Shown: piece by piece, positions 25,501 to 40,500 of the stretch
How the letters are laid out: each line of letters begins with the position of its first letter
Position numbering within the stretch: the first letter of the stretch is position 1
Source of the DNA: Azolla caroliniana
Lineage: Eukaryota; Plantae; Polypodiophyta
Direction: 5' to 3'
Assembly (NCBI GenBank): GCA_043228905.1
Contig: JBHGNT010000010.1
Coordinates: forward strand, 62,001 to 126,000
DNA length: 64,000 bases
Notes under the pieces: generated by a model
Seen by the model: only the letters and a program-made list of their open reading frames with translations
Told to the model about the DNA's origin: nothing
The model's database searches: none
Position numbers and translations under genes: made by a program

Positions 25501-28500
25501 GTTAGCTTCGATTCGCATGTTTGAACACAGAAATCCGATATCACACGAGCCAGGTATGAACATTTAAATTTACCTACTAGCTATTCTCAACTCACTCCTC
25601 AAATTTGGTAATTAAGTCATATCTCTCGACCTGACTTTCAAAATCTTGATTTTTTAATACCATATCATAGCTAGCATTGTTAGCTTCGATTCGCATGTTT
25701 GAACACAAAAATCCGATATCACACCAGCCAGGTATGAACATTTAAATTTACCTACTAGCTCTTCTCAACTCACTCCTCAAATTTGGTAATTTCGTCATAT
25801 CTCTCGACCTGAGTTTCAAAATCTTGATTTTTAAATTCCATATCATAGCTAGCGTTGTTAGCTTCGATTTGCATGTTTGAGTACCGAAATCCGATATCAC
25901 ACGAGCCAGGTATGAACATTTTAATTTACTCAAGGGCTCCTCTCAACTCCCTCCTCAAGTTTGCTATTTTCGTCATATCTCTCGACCTGACTTTCAAAAT
26001 CTTGATTTTTAAATTCCATATCATAGCTAGCGTTGTTAGCTTCGATTTGCATGTTTGAGTACAGAAATCCGATATCACACGAGCCAGGTATGAACATTTT
26101 AATTTACTCAAGGGCTCCTCTCAACTCCCTCCTCAAGTTTGCTATTTTCGTCATGTCTCTCGACCTGAGTTTCAAAATCTTGATTTTTTAATTCCATATC
26201 ATAGCTAGTGTTGTTAGCTTCGATTTGCATGTTTAAACACTAAAATCCGAGATCACACGAGCCAGGTATGAACATTTTAATTTACTCACGCGCTCTTCTG
26301 AACTCCCACGTCAAATTTGGTAATTTCTTCATGTCTCTCGACCTGAGTTTCAAAATCTTGATTTTTTAATTCTATATCATAGCTAGTGTTGTTAGCTTCG
26401 ATTCGCATCTTTGAACACAAAAATCTGGTATCACACGAGCCAGGTATGAAAATTTTAAATTAGTCACGGGCTCTTCTCAACTCCCTCCTCAAATTTGGTA
26501 ATTTCTTCATGTCTCTCGACCTGAGTTTCAAAATCTTGATTTTTTAATTATATATCTTAGGTAGCGTTGTTAGCTTCGAATCGCAAGTTTGAACACAAAA
26601 ATCCGAGATCACACGAGCCAGGTATGAATATTTTAATTTACTCACGGGCTCTTCTCAACTCCCTCTTCTAACTTGCCAATTTCTTCATGTCTCTCGACCT
26701 GAGTTTCAAAATCTTGATTTTTTAATTCCATATCATAGCTTCGATATCATACGAGCCAGGTATGAACATTTTAATTTACCTACTAGCTCTTCTCAACTCA
26801 CTCCTCAAATTTGGTAATTTCGTCATATCTCTCGACCTGACTTTCAAAATCTTGATTTTTTAATTCCATATCATAGCTAGCGTTGTTAGCTTCGATTCGC
26901 ATGTTTGAACACAAAAATCCGATATCACAGGAGCCAGGTATGAACATTTTAATACACTCACGCGCTCTTCTCAACTCCCTCCTCAAATTTGCTAATTTCG
27001 TCATGTCTCTCGACCTGGGTTTCAAAATCTTGATATTTTACTTCCATATTATAGGTAGCAGTCTTAGCTTCGATTCGCATGTTTGAACACAAAAATCCGA
27101 TATGACACGAGCCAGGTATGAACATTTTAAATTACCTACTAGCTCTTCTCAACTCACTCCTCAAATTTGGTAATTAAGTCATATCTCTCGACCTGACTTT
27201 CAAAATCTTGATTTTTCAATTCCATATCATAGCTAGCGTTGTTAGCTTCGATTCGCATGTTTGAACACAAAAATCCGATATCACACGAGCCAGGTGTGAA
27301 CATTTAAATTTACCTACTAGCTCTTCTCAACTCACTCCTCAAATTTGGTAATTTCGTCATATCTCTCGACCTGACTTTCAAAATCTTGATTTTGAAATTC
27401 CATATCATAGCTAGCGTTGTTAGCTTCGATTCGCATGTTTGAACACAAAAATCCAATATCACACGAGCCAGGTATGAACAGTTTAATTTACTCAAGGGCT
27501 CCTCTCAACTCCCTACTCAAGTTTGCTATTTTCGTCATATCTCTCGACCTGAGTTTCAAAATCTTGATTTTTTAATTCCATATCATAGCTAGTGTTGTTA
27601 GCTTCGATTTGCATGTTTAAACACTAAAATCCGAGATCACACGAGCCAGGTATGAACATTTTAATTTACTCACGCGCTCTTCTGAACTCCCACGTCAAAT
27701 TTGGTAATTTCTTCATGTCTCTCGACCTGTGTTTCAAAATCTTGATTTTTTAATTCTATATCATAGCTAGTGTTGTTAGCTTCGATTCGCATCTTTGAAC
27801 ACAAAAATCTGGTATCACACGAGCCAGGTATGAAAATTTTAAATTAGTCACGGGCTCTTCTCAACTCCCTCTTCTAACTTGCCAATTTCTTCATGTCTCT
27901 CGACCTGAGTTTCAAAATCTTGATTTTTTAATTCCATATCATAGGTAGCGTTGTTAGCTTCGAATCGCATGTTTGAACACAAAAATCCGATATCACATGG
28001 GCCAGGTATGAACATTTTAATTTACTCACGGGCTCTTCTGAACTCCCTCTACTAACTTGCCAATTTCTTCATGTCTCTCGACCTGAGTTTCAAAATCTTG
28101 ATTCTTTAATTCCATATCATAGCTAGTGTTGTTAGCTTCGATTCGCATGTTTAAACACTAAAATCCGAGATCACACGAGCGAGGTATGAACATTTTAATT
28201 TACTCACGCGCTCTTCTCAACTCCCTCGTCAAATTTGGTAATTTCTTCATGTCTCTCGACCTGAGTTTCAAAATCTTGATTTTTTAATTCTATATCATAG
28301 CTAGTGTTGTTAGCTTCGATTCGCATCTTTGAACACAAAAATCTGGTATCACACGAGCCAGGTATGAAAATTTTAAATTAGTCACGGGCTCTTCTCAACT
28401 CCCTCCTCAAATTTGGTAATTTCTTCATGTCTCTCGACCTGAGTTTCAAAATCTTGATTTTTTAATTATATATCTTAGGTAGCGTTGTTAGCTTCGAATC

Positions 28501-31500
28501 GCAAGTTTGAACACAAAAATCCGAGATCACACGAGCCAGGTATGAACATTTTAATTTACTCACGGGCTCTTCTCAACTCCCTCTTCTAACTTGCCAATTT
28601 CTTCATGTCTCTCGACCTGAGATTCAAAATCTGGATTTTTTAATTCCATATCATAGCTAGCGTTGTTAGCTTCGAATCGCATGTTTGAACACAAAAATCC
28701 GATATCACATGGGCCAGGTATGAACATTTTAATTTACTCACGGGCTCTTCTCAACTCCCTCTTCTAACTTGCCAATTTCTTCATGTCTCTCGACCTGAGT
28801 TTCAAAATCTTGATTTTTTAATTCCATATTATAGGTATAAACATAGGTAGCGTTGTTAGCTTCGATATCATAGCTAGTGTTGTTAGCTTCGATTCGCATG
28901 TTTAAACACTAAAATCCGAGATCACACGAGCCAGGTATGAACATTTTAATTTACTCACGCGCTCTTCTCAACTCCCTCGTCAAATTTGGTAATTTCTTCA
29001 TGTCTCTCGACCTGAGTTTCAAAATCTTGATTTTTTAATTCTATATCATAGCTAGTGTTGTTAGCTTCGATTCGCATCTTTGAACACAAAAATCTGGTAT
29101 CACACGAGCCAGGTATGAAAATTTTAATTTACTCACGCGCTCTTCTCAACTCCCTCGTCAAATTTGGTAATTTCTTCATGTCTCTCGACTTGAGTTTCAA
29201 AATCTGGATTTTTTAATTCTATATCTTAGATAGTGTTGTTAGCTTCGATTCGCATGTTTTAACACAAAAATCCGGGATCACACGAGCCAGGTATGAACAT
29301 TTTAATTTACTCACGCGCTGTTCTAAACTCCCTCCTTAAATTTGGTAATTTCTTCATGTCTCTCGACCTGAGTTTCAAAATCTTCGTTTTTTAATTCCAT
29401 CTCATAAGTAGCATTGTTAGCTTCGATTCACATCTTTGAACACAAAAATCCGATATCACATGGGCCAGGTATGAACATTTTAATTTAGTCACGGGCTCTT
29501 CTCAACTTCTTCTTCTAGCTTGCCAATTTCTTCATGTCTCTCGACGTGAGTTTCAAAATCTTGATTTTTTAATTCCATATCATAGGTAGCGTTGTTAGCT
29601 TCGAATCGCATGTTTGAACACAAAAATCCGATATCACATGGGCCAGGTATGAACATTTTAATTTACTCACGGGCTCTTCTCAACTCCCTCTTTTAACTTG
29701 CCAATTTCTTCATGTCTCTCGACCTGAGTTTCAAAATCTTGATTTTTTCATTCCATATCATAGGCAATGTTGTTAGCTTCGAATCGCATGTTTGAACACA
29801 AAAACCGATATCACACGGGCCAGGTATGAACATTTTAATTTACTCACGCACTCTTCTCAACTCCCTCTTCTAACTTGCTAATTTCTTCATGTCTCTAGAA
29901 CTGAGTTTCAAAATCTTGTTTTTTAATTCCATATCATAGCTAGTGTTGTTAGCTTCGATTCGCATGTTTAAACACTAAAATCCGAGATCACACGAGCCAG
30001 GTATGAACATTTTAATTTACTCACGCGCTCTTCTGAACTCCCTCTTCTAACTTGGCAATTTATTCATGTCTCTCGACCTGAGTTTCAAAATCTCGATTTT
30101 TTAATTCCATATTATATGTAGCGTTGTTAGCTTCGATTCGCATCTTTGAATACTATAATCCGAGATCACATGGGCCAGGTATGAACATTTTAATTTACTC
30201 ACGGGCTCTTCTCAACTCCCTCCTCAAATTTGGTAATTTGTTCATGTCTCTCGACCTGAGTTTCAAAATCTTGATTTTTTAATTCCATATCTGAGGTAGC
30301 GTTGTGAGCTTCGAATCGCATGTTTGAACACAAAAATCCGATATCACATGGGCCAGGTATGAACATTTTAATTTACTCACGGGCTCTTTTGAACTCCCTC
30401 TTCTAACTTGCCAATTTCTTCATGTCTCTCGACCTGAGTTTTAAAATCTTCGATTTTCAATTCCATCTACTAAGTAGCGTTGTTAGCTTCGAATCGCATG
30501 TTTGAAAACAAAAATCCGATATCACATGGGCCAGGTATGAACATTTTAATTTACTCACGGGCTCTTCTGAACTCCCTCTTCTAACTTGCCAATTTCTTCA
30601 TGTCTCTCGACCTGAGTTTCAAAATCTTGATTTTTTAATTCCATATCATAGCTAGTGTTGTTAGCTTCGATTCGCATGTTTAAACACTAAAATCCGAGAT
30701 CGAACGAGCCAGGTATGAACATTTTAATTTACTCACGCGCTCTTCTCAACTCCCTCTTCTAACTTGCCAATTTCTTCATGTCTCTCGACCTGAGTTTCAG
30801 AATCTTGATTTTTTAATTCTATATCATAGCTAGTGTTGTTAGCTTCGATTCGCATCTTTGAACACAAAAATCTGGTATCACACGAGCCAGGTATGAAAAT
30901 TTTAAATTAGTCACGGGCTCTTCTCAACTCCCTCCTCAAATGTGGTAATTTCTTCATGTCTCTCGCCCTAAGTTTCAAAATCTTGATTTTTTAATTCTAT
31001 ATCTTAGGTAGCGTTGTTAGCTTCGAATCGCAAGTTTGAACACAAAAATCCGAGATCACACGAGCCAGGTATGAACATTTTAATTTACTCACGGGCTCTT
31101 CTCAACTCCCTCTTCTAACTTGCCAATTTCTTCATGTCTCTCGACCTGAGTTTCAAAATCTTGATTTTTTAATTTCATATCATAGGTAGCGTTGTTAGCT
31201 TCGTATCGCATGTTTGAACACAAAAATCCGATATCACACGGGCCAGGTATGAACATTTTAATTTACTCACGGGCTCTTCTCAACTCCCTCTTCTAACTTG
31301 CCAATTTCTTCATGTCTCTCGACCTGAGTTTCAAAATCTTGATTTGTTAATTCCATGTCATAGCTAGTGTTGTTAGCTTCGATTCGCATGTTTAAACACT
31401 AAAATCCGATTTCACACGGGCTCTTCTCAACTCCTTGCTCAAATTTGGTAATTTCTTCATGTCTCTTGACGTGAGTTTCAAAACGTCAATTTTTTAATGC

Positions 31501-34500
31501 CATATCATAGGTAGCGTTGTTAGCTTCGAATCGCATGTTTGAACACGAAAATCCGAGATCACACGAGCCAGGTATGAACATTTTAATTTACTCACGCGCT
31601 CTTCTCAACTCCCTCGTCAAATTTGGTAATTTCTTCATGTCTCTCGACCTGAGTTTCAAAATCTTGATTTTTTAATTCTATATCATAGCTAGTGTTGTTA
31701 GCTTCGATTCGCATCTTTGAACACAAAAATCTGGTATCACACGAGCCAGGTATGAACATTTTAATTTACTCACGCGCTCTTCTCAACTCCCTCCTCAAAT
31801 TTGGTAATTTCTGCATGTCTCTCGACCTGAGTCTCAAAATCTCGATTTCTTAATTCCATATTATAGGTAGCGTTGTAAGCTTCGATTCGCATCTTTGAAC
31901 ACAAAAATCCAATATCACACGAGCCAGGTATGAACATTTTAATTTACTCACGAGCTCTTCTCAACTCCCTCCTCAAATTTGGTGATTTCTTCATGTCTCT
32001 TGACGTGAGTTTCAAAATCTCGATTTTTTAATGCCATATCATAGGTAGCGTTGTTAGCTTCGAATCGCATGTTTGAAGACAAATATCCAATATCACACGA
32101 GCCAGGTATGAACATTTTAATTTACTCACGCGATCTTCTCAACTCCCTCCTCAAATTTGGTAATTACTTCATGTCTCTCGACCTGAGTTTCAAAATCTGG
32201 ATTTTTTAATTCTATATCTTAGGTAGCGTTGTTAGCTTCGAATCGCATGTTTGAACACAAAAATCCGAGATCACACGAGCCAGGTATGAACATTTTAATT
32301 TACTCACGCGCTCTTCTCAACTCCCTCTTCAAATTTCGTAATTTCTTTATGTCTCTCGACCTGAGTTTCAAAATCTCGATTTTTGAATTCCATATTATAG
32401 GTAGCGTTGTTAGCTTCGATTCGCATCTTTGAACACAAAAATCCGATATCACACGAGCCAGGTATGCACATTTTAATTTAGTCACGCGCTCTTCTCAACT
32501 CCCTCCTCGAATTTGGTAATTTCTTCATGTCTCTTGACCTGAGTTTTAAAATCTTGAATTTTTAATTCCATATCATAGGCAATGTTGTTAGCTTCGAATC
32601 GCATGTTTGAACACAAAAACCGATATCACACGGGCCAGGTATGAACATTTTAATTTACTCACGCACTCTTCTCAACTCCGTCTTCTAACTTGCCAATTTC
32701 TTCATGTCTCTAGAACTGAGTTTCAAAATCTTGATTTTTTTATTCTATATCATAGCTAGTGTTGTTAGCTTCGATTTGGCATCTTTGAACACAGAAATCC
32801 GTGATCACACGAGCCAGGTATGAACATTTTAATTTACTCACGGGCTCTTCTCAACTCCCTCCTAAAATTTGGTAATTTCTTCATGTCTCTCCACTTGAGT
32901 TTCAAAATCTTGAGTTTTTCATTCCATATCTTAAGTAGCGCTGTTAGCTTCGAATCACAAGTTTGAACACAAAAAACCGAGATCACACGAGCCAGGTATG
33001 AACATTTTAATTTACTCACGCGCTCTTCTCAACTCCCTCCTCGAATTTGGTAATTTCTTCATGTCTCTCGACCTGAGTTTCAAAATCTTGATTTTTTAAT
33101 CCCATATCATAGTTAGCGTTGTTAGCTTCGATTCGCATCTTTGAACACAGAAATCCGGGATCACACGAGCCAGGTATGAACATTTTAATTTCCTCCTCAA
33201 ATTTGGTAATTTCTTCATGTCTCTCGACCTGAGTTTAGAAATCCGATATCATAGGTAGCGTTGTTAGCTTCGATTCCCATGTTTGAACACAAAAATCCGA
33301 TATTACACGAGCCAGGTATAAACATTTTAATTTACTCACGCGCTCCTCTCAACTCCCTCTTCAAATTTGGTAATTTCTTCATGTCTCTCGACCTGAGTTT
33401 CAAAATCTTGATTTTTTAATTCCATATCATAGGTAGCATTGCTAGCTTCGAATCGTAGGTTTGAACACAGAAATTCGATATTACATAGGCCAGGTATGAA
33501 CATTTTAATTTACTCACGGGCTCTTGTCAACTCCCTCTTCTAACTGAGCTTCAAATACTGGATTTTTTTATTCTGTATCATAGCTAGTGTTGTTAGCTTC
33601 GATTCGCATCCTTGAACACAAAAATTCGGGATCACACGAGCCAGGTATGAACATTTTAATTTACTCACGCGCTCTTCTCAACTCCCTCCTCAAATTTGGT
33701 AATTTCTTCATGTCTCTCGACCTGAGTTTCAAAATCCTGATTTTTTAATTCCATGTTATAGGTAGCGTTGTTAGCTTCGATTCGCATCTTTGAACACAAA
33801 AATCCGATATTACACGAGCCAGGTATGAACATTTTAATTTAGTCACGCGCTCTTCTCAACTCCCTCCTCGAATTTGGTAATTTCTTCATGTCTCTCGACC
33901 TGAGTTTCGAAATCTTGATTTTTTAATTCTATATCATAGCTGGTGTTGTTACGTTTGATTCACATGTTTTAACACAAAAATCAGGGATCACACGAGCCAG
34001 GTATGAACATTTTAATTTACTCACGGGCTCTTCTCAACTCCCTGCTCCAATTTGGTAATTTCTTCATGTCTCTTGACGTGAGTTTCAAAATCTCGATTTT
34101 TTAATTCCATATTATAGGCAGCATTGTTAGCTTTGATTCGCATGTTTGAACATAAAAATCCGATATTACACGAGCTAGATATGAACATTTTAATTTACTT
34201 ACGCGCTCTTCTCAACTCCCTCCTCAACTTTGGTAATTTCTTCATGTCTCTCGACCTGAGTTTCAAAATCTTGATTTTTTAATTCCATATCATAGGTAGC
34301 GTTGTTAGCTTCGATTCGCATCTTTGAACACAGAAATCCGGGATCACACAAGCCAGGTATGAACATTTTAATTTAGTTACGCGCTCTTCTCAACTCCCTC
34401 CTCAAATTTGGTAATTTCTTCATGTCTCTTGACCGGAGTTTCAAAATCTTGATTTTTTATTTCCATATCATAGCTAGTGTTGTTAGCTTCGATTCCCATG

Positions 34501-37500
34501 TTTGAACACAGAAATCCGATATTACACGAGCCAGGTATAAACATTTTAATTTACTCACGGGCTCTTCTCAACTCCCTCTTCAAATTTGGTAATTTCTTCA
34601 TGTCTCTCGACCTGAGTTTCAAAATCTTGATTTTTTAATTCTATATCGTAGCTACTGTTTTTAGCTTCGATTCGCATCTTTGAACACTAAAATCCTAGAT
34701 CACATGGGCCAGGTATGAATCTTGAATTTTTAATTCGATATCACTGGCAGTGTTGTTACCTTCGATTCGCATCATTGAACACTAAAATCCGATATCACAC
34801 GAGCCAGGTATGAACATTTTAATTTACTCACGGGCTCTTCTCAACTCCCTCTTCTAACTTACCAATTTCTTCATGTCTCTCGACCTGAGTTTCAAAATCT
34901 CGATTTTTTAATTCTATATTATAGGTAGCGTTGTTAACATCGATTCGCATGTTTGAACACTAAAATCCGATATCACATGGGCAATGTATGAAAATTTTAA
35001 TTTACTCACCGGCTCTTCTCAACTCCCTCCTCAAATTTGCTAATTTCTGCATGTCTGTCGACCTGAGTTTCAAACTCCCAATTTTTTAAGTCCATATTAT
35101 AGGTAGCTTTGTTACCTTCGATTCGAATCTTTGAACACTAAAATCCGATATCACACGGGCCAGGTATGAATATTTTAATTTACTCACGGGCTCTTCTCAA
35201 CTCCCTCTTCTAACTTGCCAATTTCTTAATGTCTCTCGACCTGAGTTTCAAAATCTTGATTTTTTTAATGTATATCATAGCTAGTGTTGTTAGCTTAGAT
35301 TTGCATGTTTTAACACAAAAATCCGGGATCACACGAGCCAGGTATGAACATTTTAATTTACTCACGCGCTCTTCTCAACTCCCTCTTCAAATTTGGTAAT
35401 TTCTTCATGTCTCTCGACCTGAGTTTCAAAATCTCGGTTTTTTAGTTCCATATCATAGGTAGCGTTGTTATCTTCGAATGACATGTTTGAACACAAAAAA
35501 CCGGGGTCACACGAACCATGTATGAACATTTTAATTTACTCACGCGCTCTTCTCAACTCCCTCTTCAAATTTGGTAATTTCTGCATGTCTCTCAACCTGA
35601 GTTTCAAAATCTCGATTTCTTAATTCCATATTATAGGTAGCGTTGTAAGCTTCGAATCGCATCTTTGAACACAAAAATCCAATATGACACGAGCTAGGTA
35701 TGAACATTTTAATTTACTTACGCGCTCTTCGAACCTCCCTCTTCTAACTTGCCAATTTCTTCATGTCTCTCGACCTGAGTTTCAAAATCTTGATTTTTTT
35801 AATCTATATCATAGCTAGTGTTGTTAGCTTCGATTCGCATCTTTGAACACTAAAATCCGATATCACACGGGCCAGGTATGAACATTTTAATTTACTCACG
35901 GGCTCTTCTCAACTCCCTCTTCTAACTTGCCAATTTCTTCATGTCTCTCGACCTGAGTTTCAAAATCTTGATTTTTTTAATCTATATCATAGCTAGTGTT
36001 GTTAGCTTCGATTCGCATCTTTGAACACTAAAATCCGATATCACACGGGCCAGGTATGAACATTTTAATTTACTCACGGGCTCTTCTCAACTCCCTCTTC
36101 TAACTTGCCAATTTCTTCATGTCTCTCGACCTGAGTTTCAAAATCTTGATTTTTTTAATCTATATCATAGCTAGTGTTGTTAGCTTCGATTCGCATCTTT
36201 GAACACAAAAATCCGGGATCAAACGAGCCAGGCATGAACATTTTAATTTACTCACGGGCTCTTCTCAACTCCCTCTTCAAATTTGGTAATTTTTTCATGT
36301 CTCTCGACCTGAGTTTCAAAATCTCGATTTTTTAATTCTATATCATAGCTACTGTTTTTAGCTTCGATTCGCATCTTTGAACACTAAAATCCTAGATCAC
36401 ATGGGCCAGGTATGAACATTTTAAATTACTCACGCGCTCTTCTCAACTCCCTCCTCAAATTTGCTAATTTCTGCATGTTTGTCGACCTGAGTTTCAAACT
36501 CTCAAATTTTTAAGTCCATATTATATGTAGCTTTGTTACCTTCGATTCGCATCTTTGACCACTAAAATCCGATATCACACGAGCCAGGTATGAACATTTT
36601 AATTTACTCACGCGCTCTTCTCAACTCCCTCTTCTAACTTGCCAATTTCTTCATGTCTCTCGAACTGAGTTTTAAAATCTTGATTTTTTTATTCTATATC
36701 ATAGCTAATGTTGTTAGCTTCGATTTGGCATCTCTGAACACAAAAATCCGGGATCACACGAGCCAGGCATGAACATTTTAATTTACTCACGCGCTCTTCT
36801 CAACTCCCTCTTCTAACTTACCGATTTCTTCATGTCTCTCGACCTGAGTTTCAAAATATCGATTTTTTAATTCTATATTATAGGTAGCGTTGTTAGCATC
36901 GATTCGCATGTTTGAACACTAAAATCCGATCTCACATGGGCCAGGTATGAAAATTTTAATTTACTCACCGGCTCTTCTGAACTCCCTCCTCAAATTTGCT
37001 AATTTCTGCATGTTTGTCGACCTGAGTTTCAAACTCTCAATTTTTAAAGTCCATATTATAGGTAGCTTTGTTACCTTCGATTCGCATCTTTGAACACTAA
37101 AATCCGATATCACACGGGCCAGGTATGAATATTTTAATTTACTCACGGGCTCTTCTCAACTCCCTCTTCTAACTTGCCAATTTCTTCATGTCTCTCGACC
37201 TGAGTTTCAAAATCTTGATTTTTTTAATGTATATCATAGCTAGTGTTGTTAGCTTCGATTCGCATCTTTGAACACAAAAATCCGGGATCACACGAGCCAG
37301 GCATGAACATTTTAATTTACTCATGCGCTCTTCTCAACTCCCTCCTCAAATTTGGTAATTTCGGCATGTCTCTCGACCTGAGTGTCAAAATCTCGATTTC
37401 TTAATTCCATAGTATAGCTAGCGTTGTTAACATCGATTCGCATGTTTGAACACTAAAATCCGATATCACATGGGCCAGGTATGAAAATTTTAATTTACTC

Positions 37501-40500
37501 ACCGGCTCCTCTCAACTCCCTCCTCAAATTTGGTAATTTCATGTCTCTAGACATGAGTTTCAAAATCTGGATTTTTTGATTCTATATCATAGCTAGTGTT
37601 GTTAGCTTCGATTTGCATGTTTTAACACAAAAATCCGGGATCACACGAGCCAGGTATGAACATTTTAATTTACTCACGCGCTCTTCTCAACTCCCTCTTC
37701 AAATTTGGTAATTTCTTCATGTCTCTCGACCTGAGTTTCAAAATCTCTGTTTTTTAGTTCCATATCATAGGTAGCGTTGTTAGCTTCGAATCCCATGTTT
37801 GAACACAAAAATCCGATATCACACGAGCCAGGTATGAACATTTTAATTTACTCACACACTCTTCTCAACTCCCTCTTCTAACTTGCCAATTTCTTCATGT
37901 CTCTCGAACTGAGTTTCAAAATCTTGATTTTTTTATTCTATATCATAGCTAATGTTGTTAGCTTCGATTTGGCATCTTTGAACACAAAAATCCGGGATCA
38001 CACGAGCCAGGTATGAACATTTTAATTTACTCACGGGCTCTTCTCAACTCCCTCTTCTAACTTGCCAATTTCTTCATGTCTCTCGACCTGAGTTTCAAAA
38101 TCTTGATTTTTTAATTCCATATTATATGTAGCGTTGTTAGCTTCGAATCGCATCTTTCAACACAAAAATCCAATATCACACGAGCCAGGTCTGAACATTT
38201 TAATTTACTCACGCGCTCTTCTCAACTGCCTCTTCAAATTTGGTAATTTCTTCATGTCTCTCGACCTGAGTTTCAAAATCTCGATTTCTTAATTCCATAT
38301 TATAGGTAGCGTTGTTAGCTTCGATTCGCATCTTTGAACACGAAAATCCGATATCACACGAGCCAGGTATGAACATTTTAATTTAGTCACGCGCTCTTCT
38401 CAACTCCCTCCTCAAATTTGGTAATTTCTTCATGTCTCTCGACCTGAGTTTCAAAATCTTGATTTTTTAATTCGATATTATAGCTAGTGTTGTTAGCTTT
38501 GATTCGCATGTTTTAACACAAAAATCAGGGATCACACGAGCGAGGTATGAACATTTTAATTTACTCACACGCTCTTCTCAACTCCCTCTTCAAATTTGGT
38601 AATTTCTTCATGTCTCTCGACTTGAGTATCAAAATCTAAATTTTTTAATTCTATATTATAGGTAGCGTTGTCAGCTTCGATTCGAATCTTTGAAGACAAA
38701 AATCCGATATCACACGAGCAAGGCATGAACATTTTAATTTACTCACGGGCTCTTCTCAACTCCCTCTCCTAACTTACCAATTTCTTCATGTGTCTCGACC
38801 TGAGTTTCAAAATCTTGATTTTTTAATTCTATATCATAGCTACTGTTTTTAGCTTCGATTCGCATCTTTGAACACAAAAATCTGGGATCACACGAGCCAG
38901 GTACGAACATTTTAATTTACTCACGCGCTCTTCTCAACTCCCTCCTCAAATTTGGTAATTTCTTCATGTCTCTCGACCTGAGTTTTAAAATCTTGAATTT
39001 TTAATTCGATATCATAGGCAGTGTTGTTAGCTTCGAATCCCATGTTTGAACACAAAAATCCGATATCACACGAGCCAGGTCTGAACATTTTAATTTACTC
39101 ACACGCTCTTCTCAACTCCCTCTTCTAACTTGCCAATTTCTTCATGTCTCTCGAACTGAGTTTCAAAATCTTGATTTTTTTATTTTATATCATAGCTAAT
39201 GTTGTTAGCTTCGATTTGGGATCTTTAAACACAAAAATCCGGGATCACACGAGCCAGGTATGAACATTTTAATTTACTCACGGGCTCTTCTCAACTCCCT
39301 CTTCTAACTTGCCAATTTCTTCATGTCTCTCGACCTGAGTTTCAAAATCTTGATTTTTTAATTCCATATTATATGTAGCGTTGTTAGCTTCGAATCACAT
39401 CTTTCAACACAAAAATCCAATATCACACGAGCCAGGTCTGAACATTTTAATTTACTCACGCGCTCTTCTCAACTCCGTCTTCAAATTTGGTAATTTCTTC
39501 ATGTCTCTCGACCTGAGTTTCAAAATCTCGCTTTCTTAATTCCATATTATAGGTAGCGTTGTTAGCTTCGATTCGCATCTTTGAACACGAAAATCCGATA
39601 TCACACGAGCCAGGTATGAACATTTTAATTTACTCACGGGCTCTTCTCAACTCCCTCTTCAAATTTGGTAATTTCTTCCTGTCTCTCGACCTGAGTTTCA
39701 AGATCTCGATTTATTAATTCCATATTATAGGTAGCGTTGTTAGCTTCGATTCGCATCTTTGAACACTAAAATCCGATATCACACGAGCCAGGTATGAACA
39801 TTTTAATTTAGTCACGCGCTCTTCTCAACTCCCTCCTCAAATTTGGTAATTTCTTCATGTCTCTCGACCTGAGTTTCAAAATCTTGATTTTTTAATTCGA
39901 TATTATAGCTAGTGTTGTTAGCTTTGATTCGCATGTTTTAACACAAAAATCAGGGATCACACGAGCCAGGTATGAACATTTTAATTTACTCACACGCTCT
40001 TCTCAACTCCCTCTTCAAATTTGATAATTTCTTCATGTCTCTCGACCTGAGTTTCAAAATCTTGGTTTTTTAATTCCATATCATAGGTAGCGTTGTTATC
40101 TTCGAATGGCATGTTTGAACACAAAAAACCAATATCACATGGGCCAGGTATGAACATTTTAATTTACTCACGCGCTCTTCTCAACTCCCTCTTCTAACTT
40201 ACCAATTTCTTCATGTCTCTCGACGTGAGTTTCAAAATCTCGATTTTTTAATTCTATATTATAGGTAACGTTGTTAACATCGATTCGCATGTTTGAACAC
40301 TAAAATCCGATATCACATGGGCCAAGTATGAAAAGTTTAATTTACTCACCGGATCTTCTCAACTCCCTCCTCAAATTTGGTAATTTCATGTCTCTAGACA
40401 TGAGTTGCAAAATCTGGATTTTTTGATTCTATATCATAGCTAGTGTTGTTAGCTTCGATTTGCATGTTTTAACACAAAAATCCGGGATCACACGAGCTAG

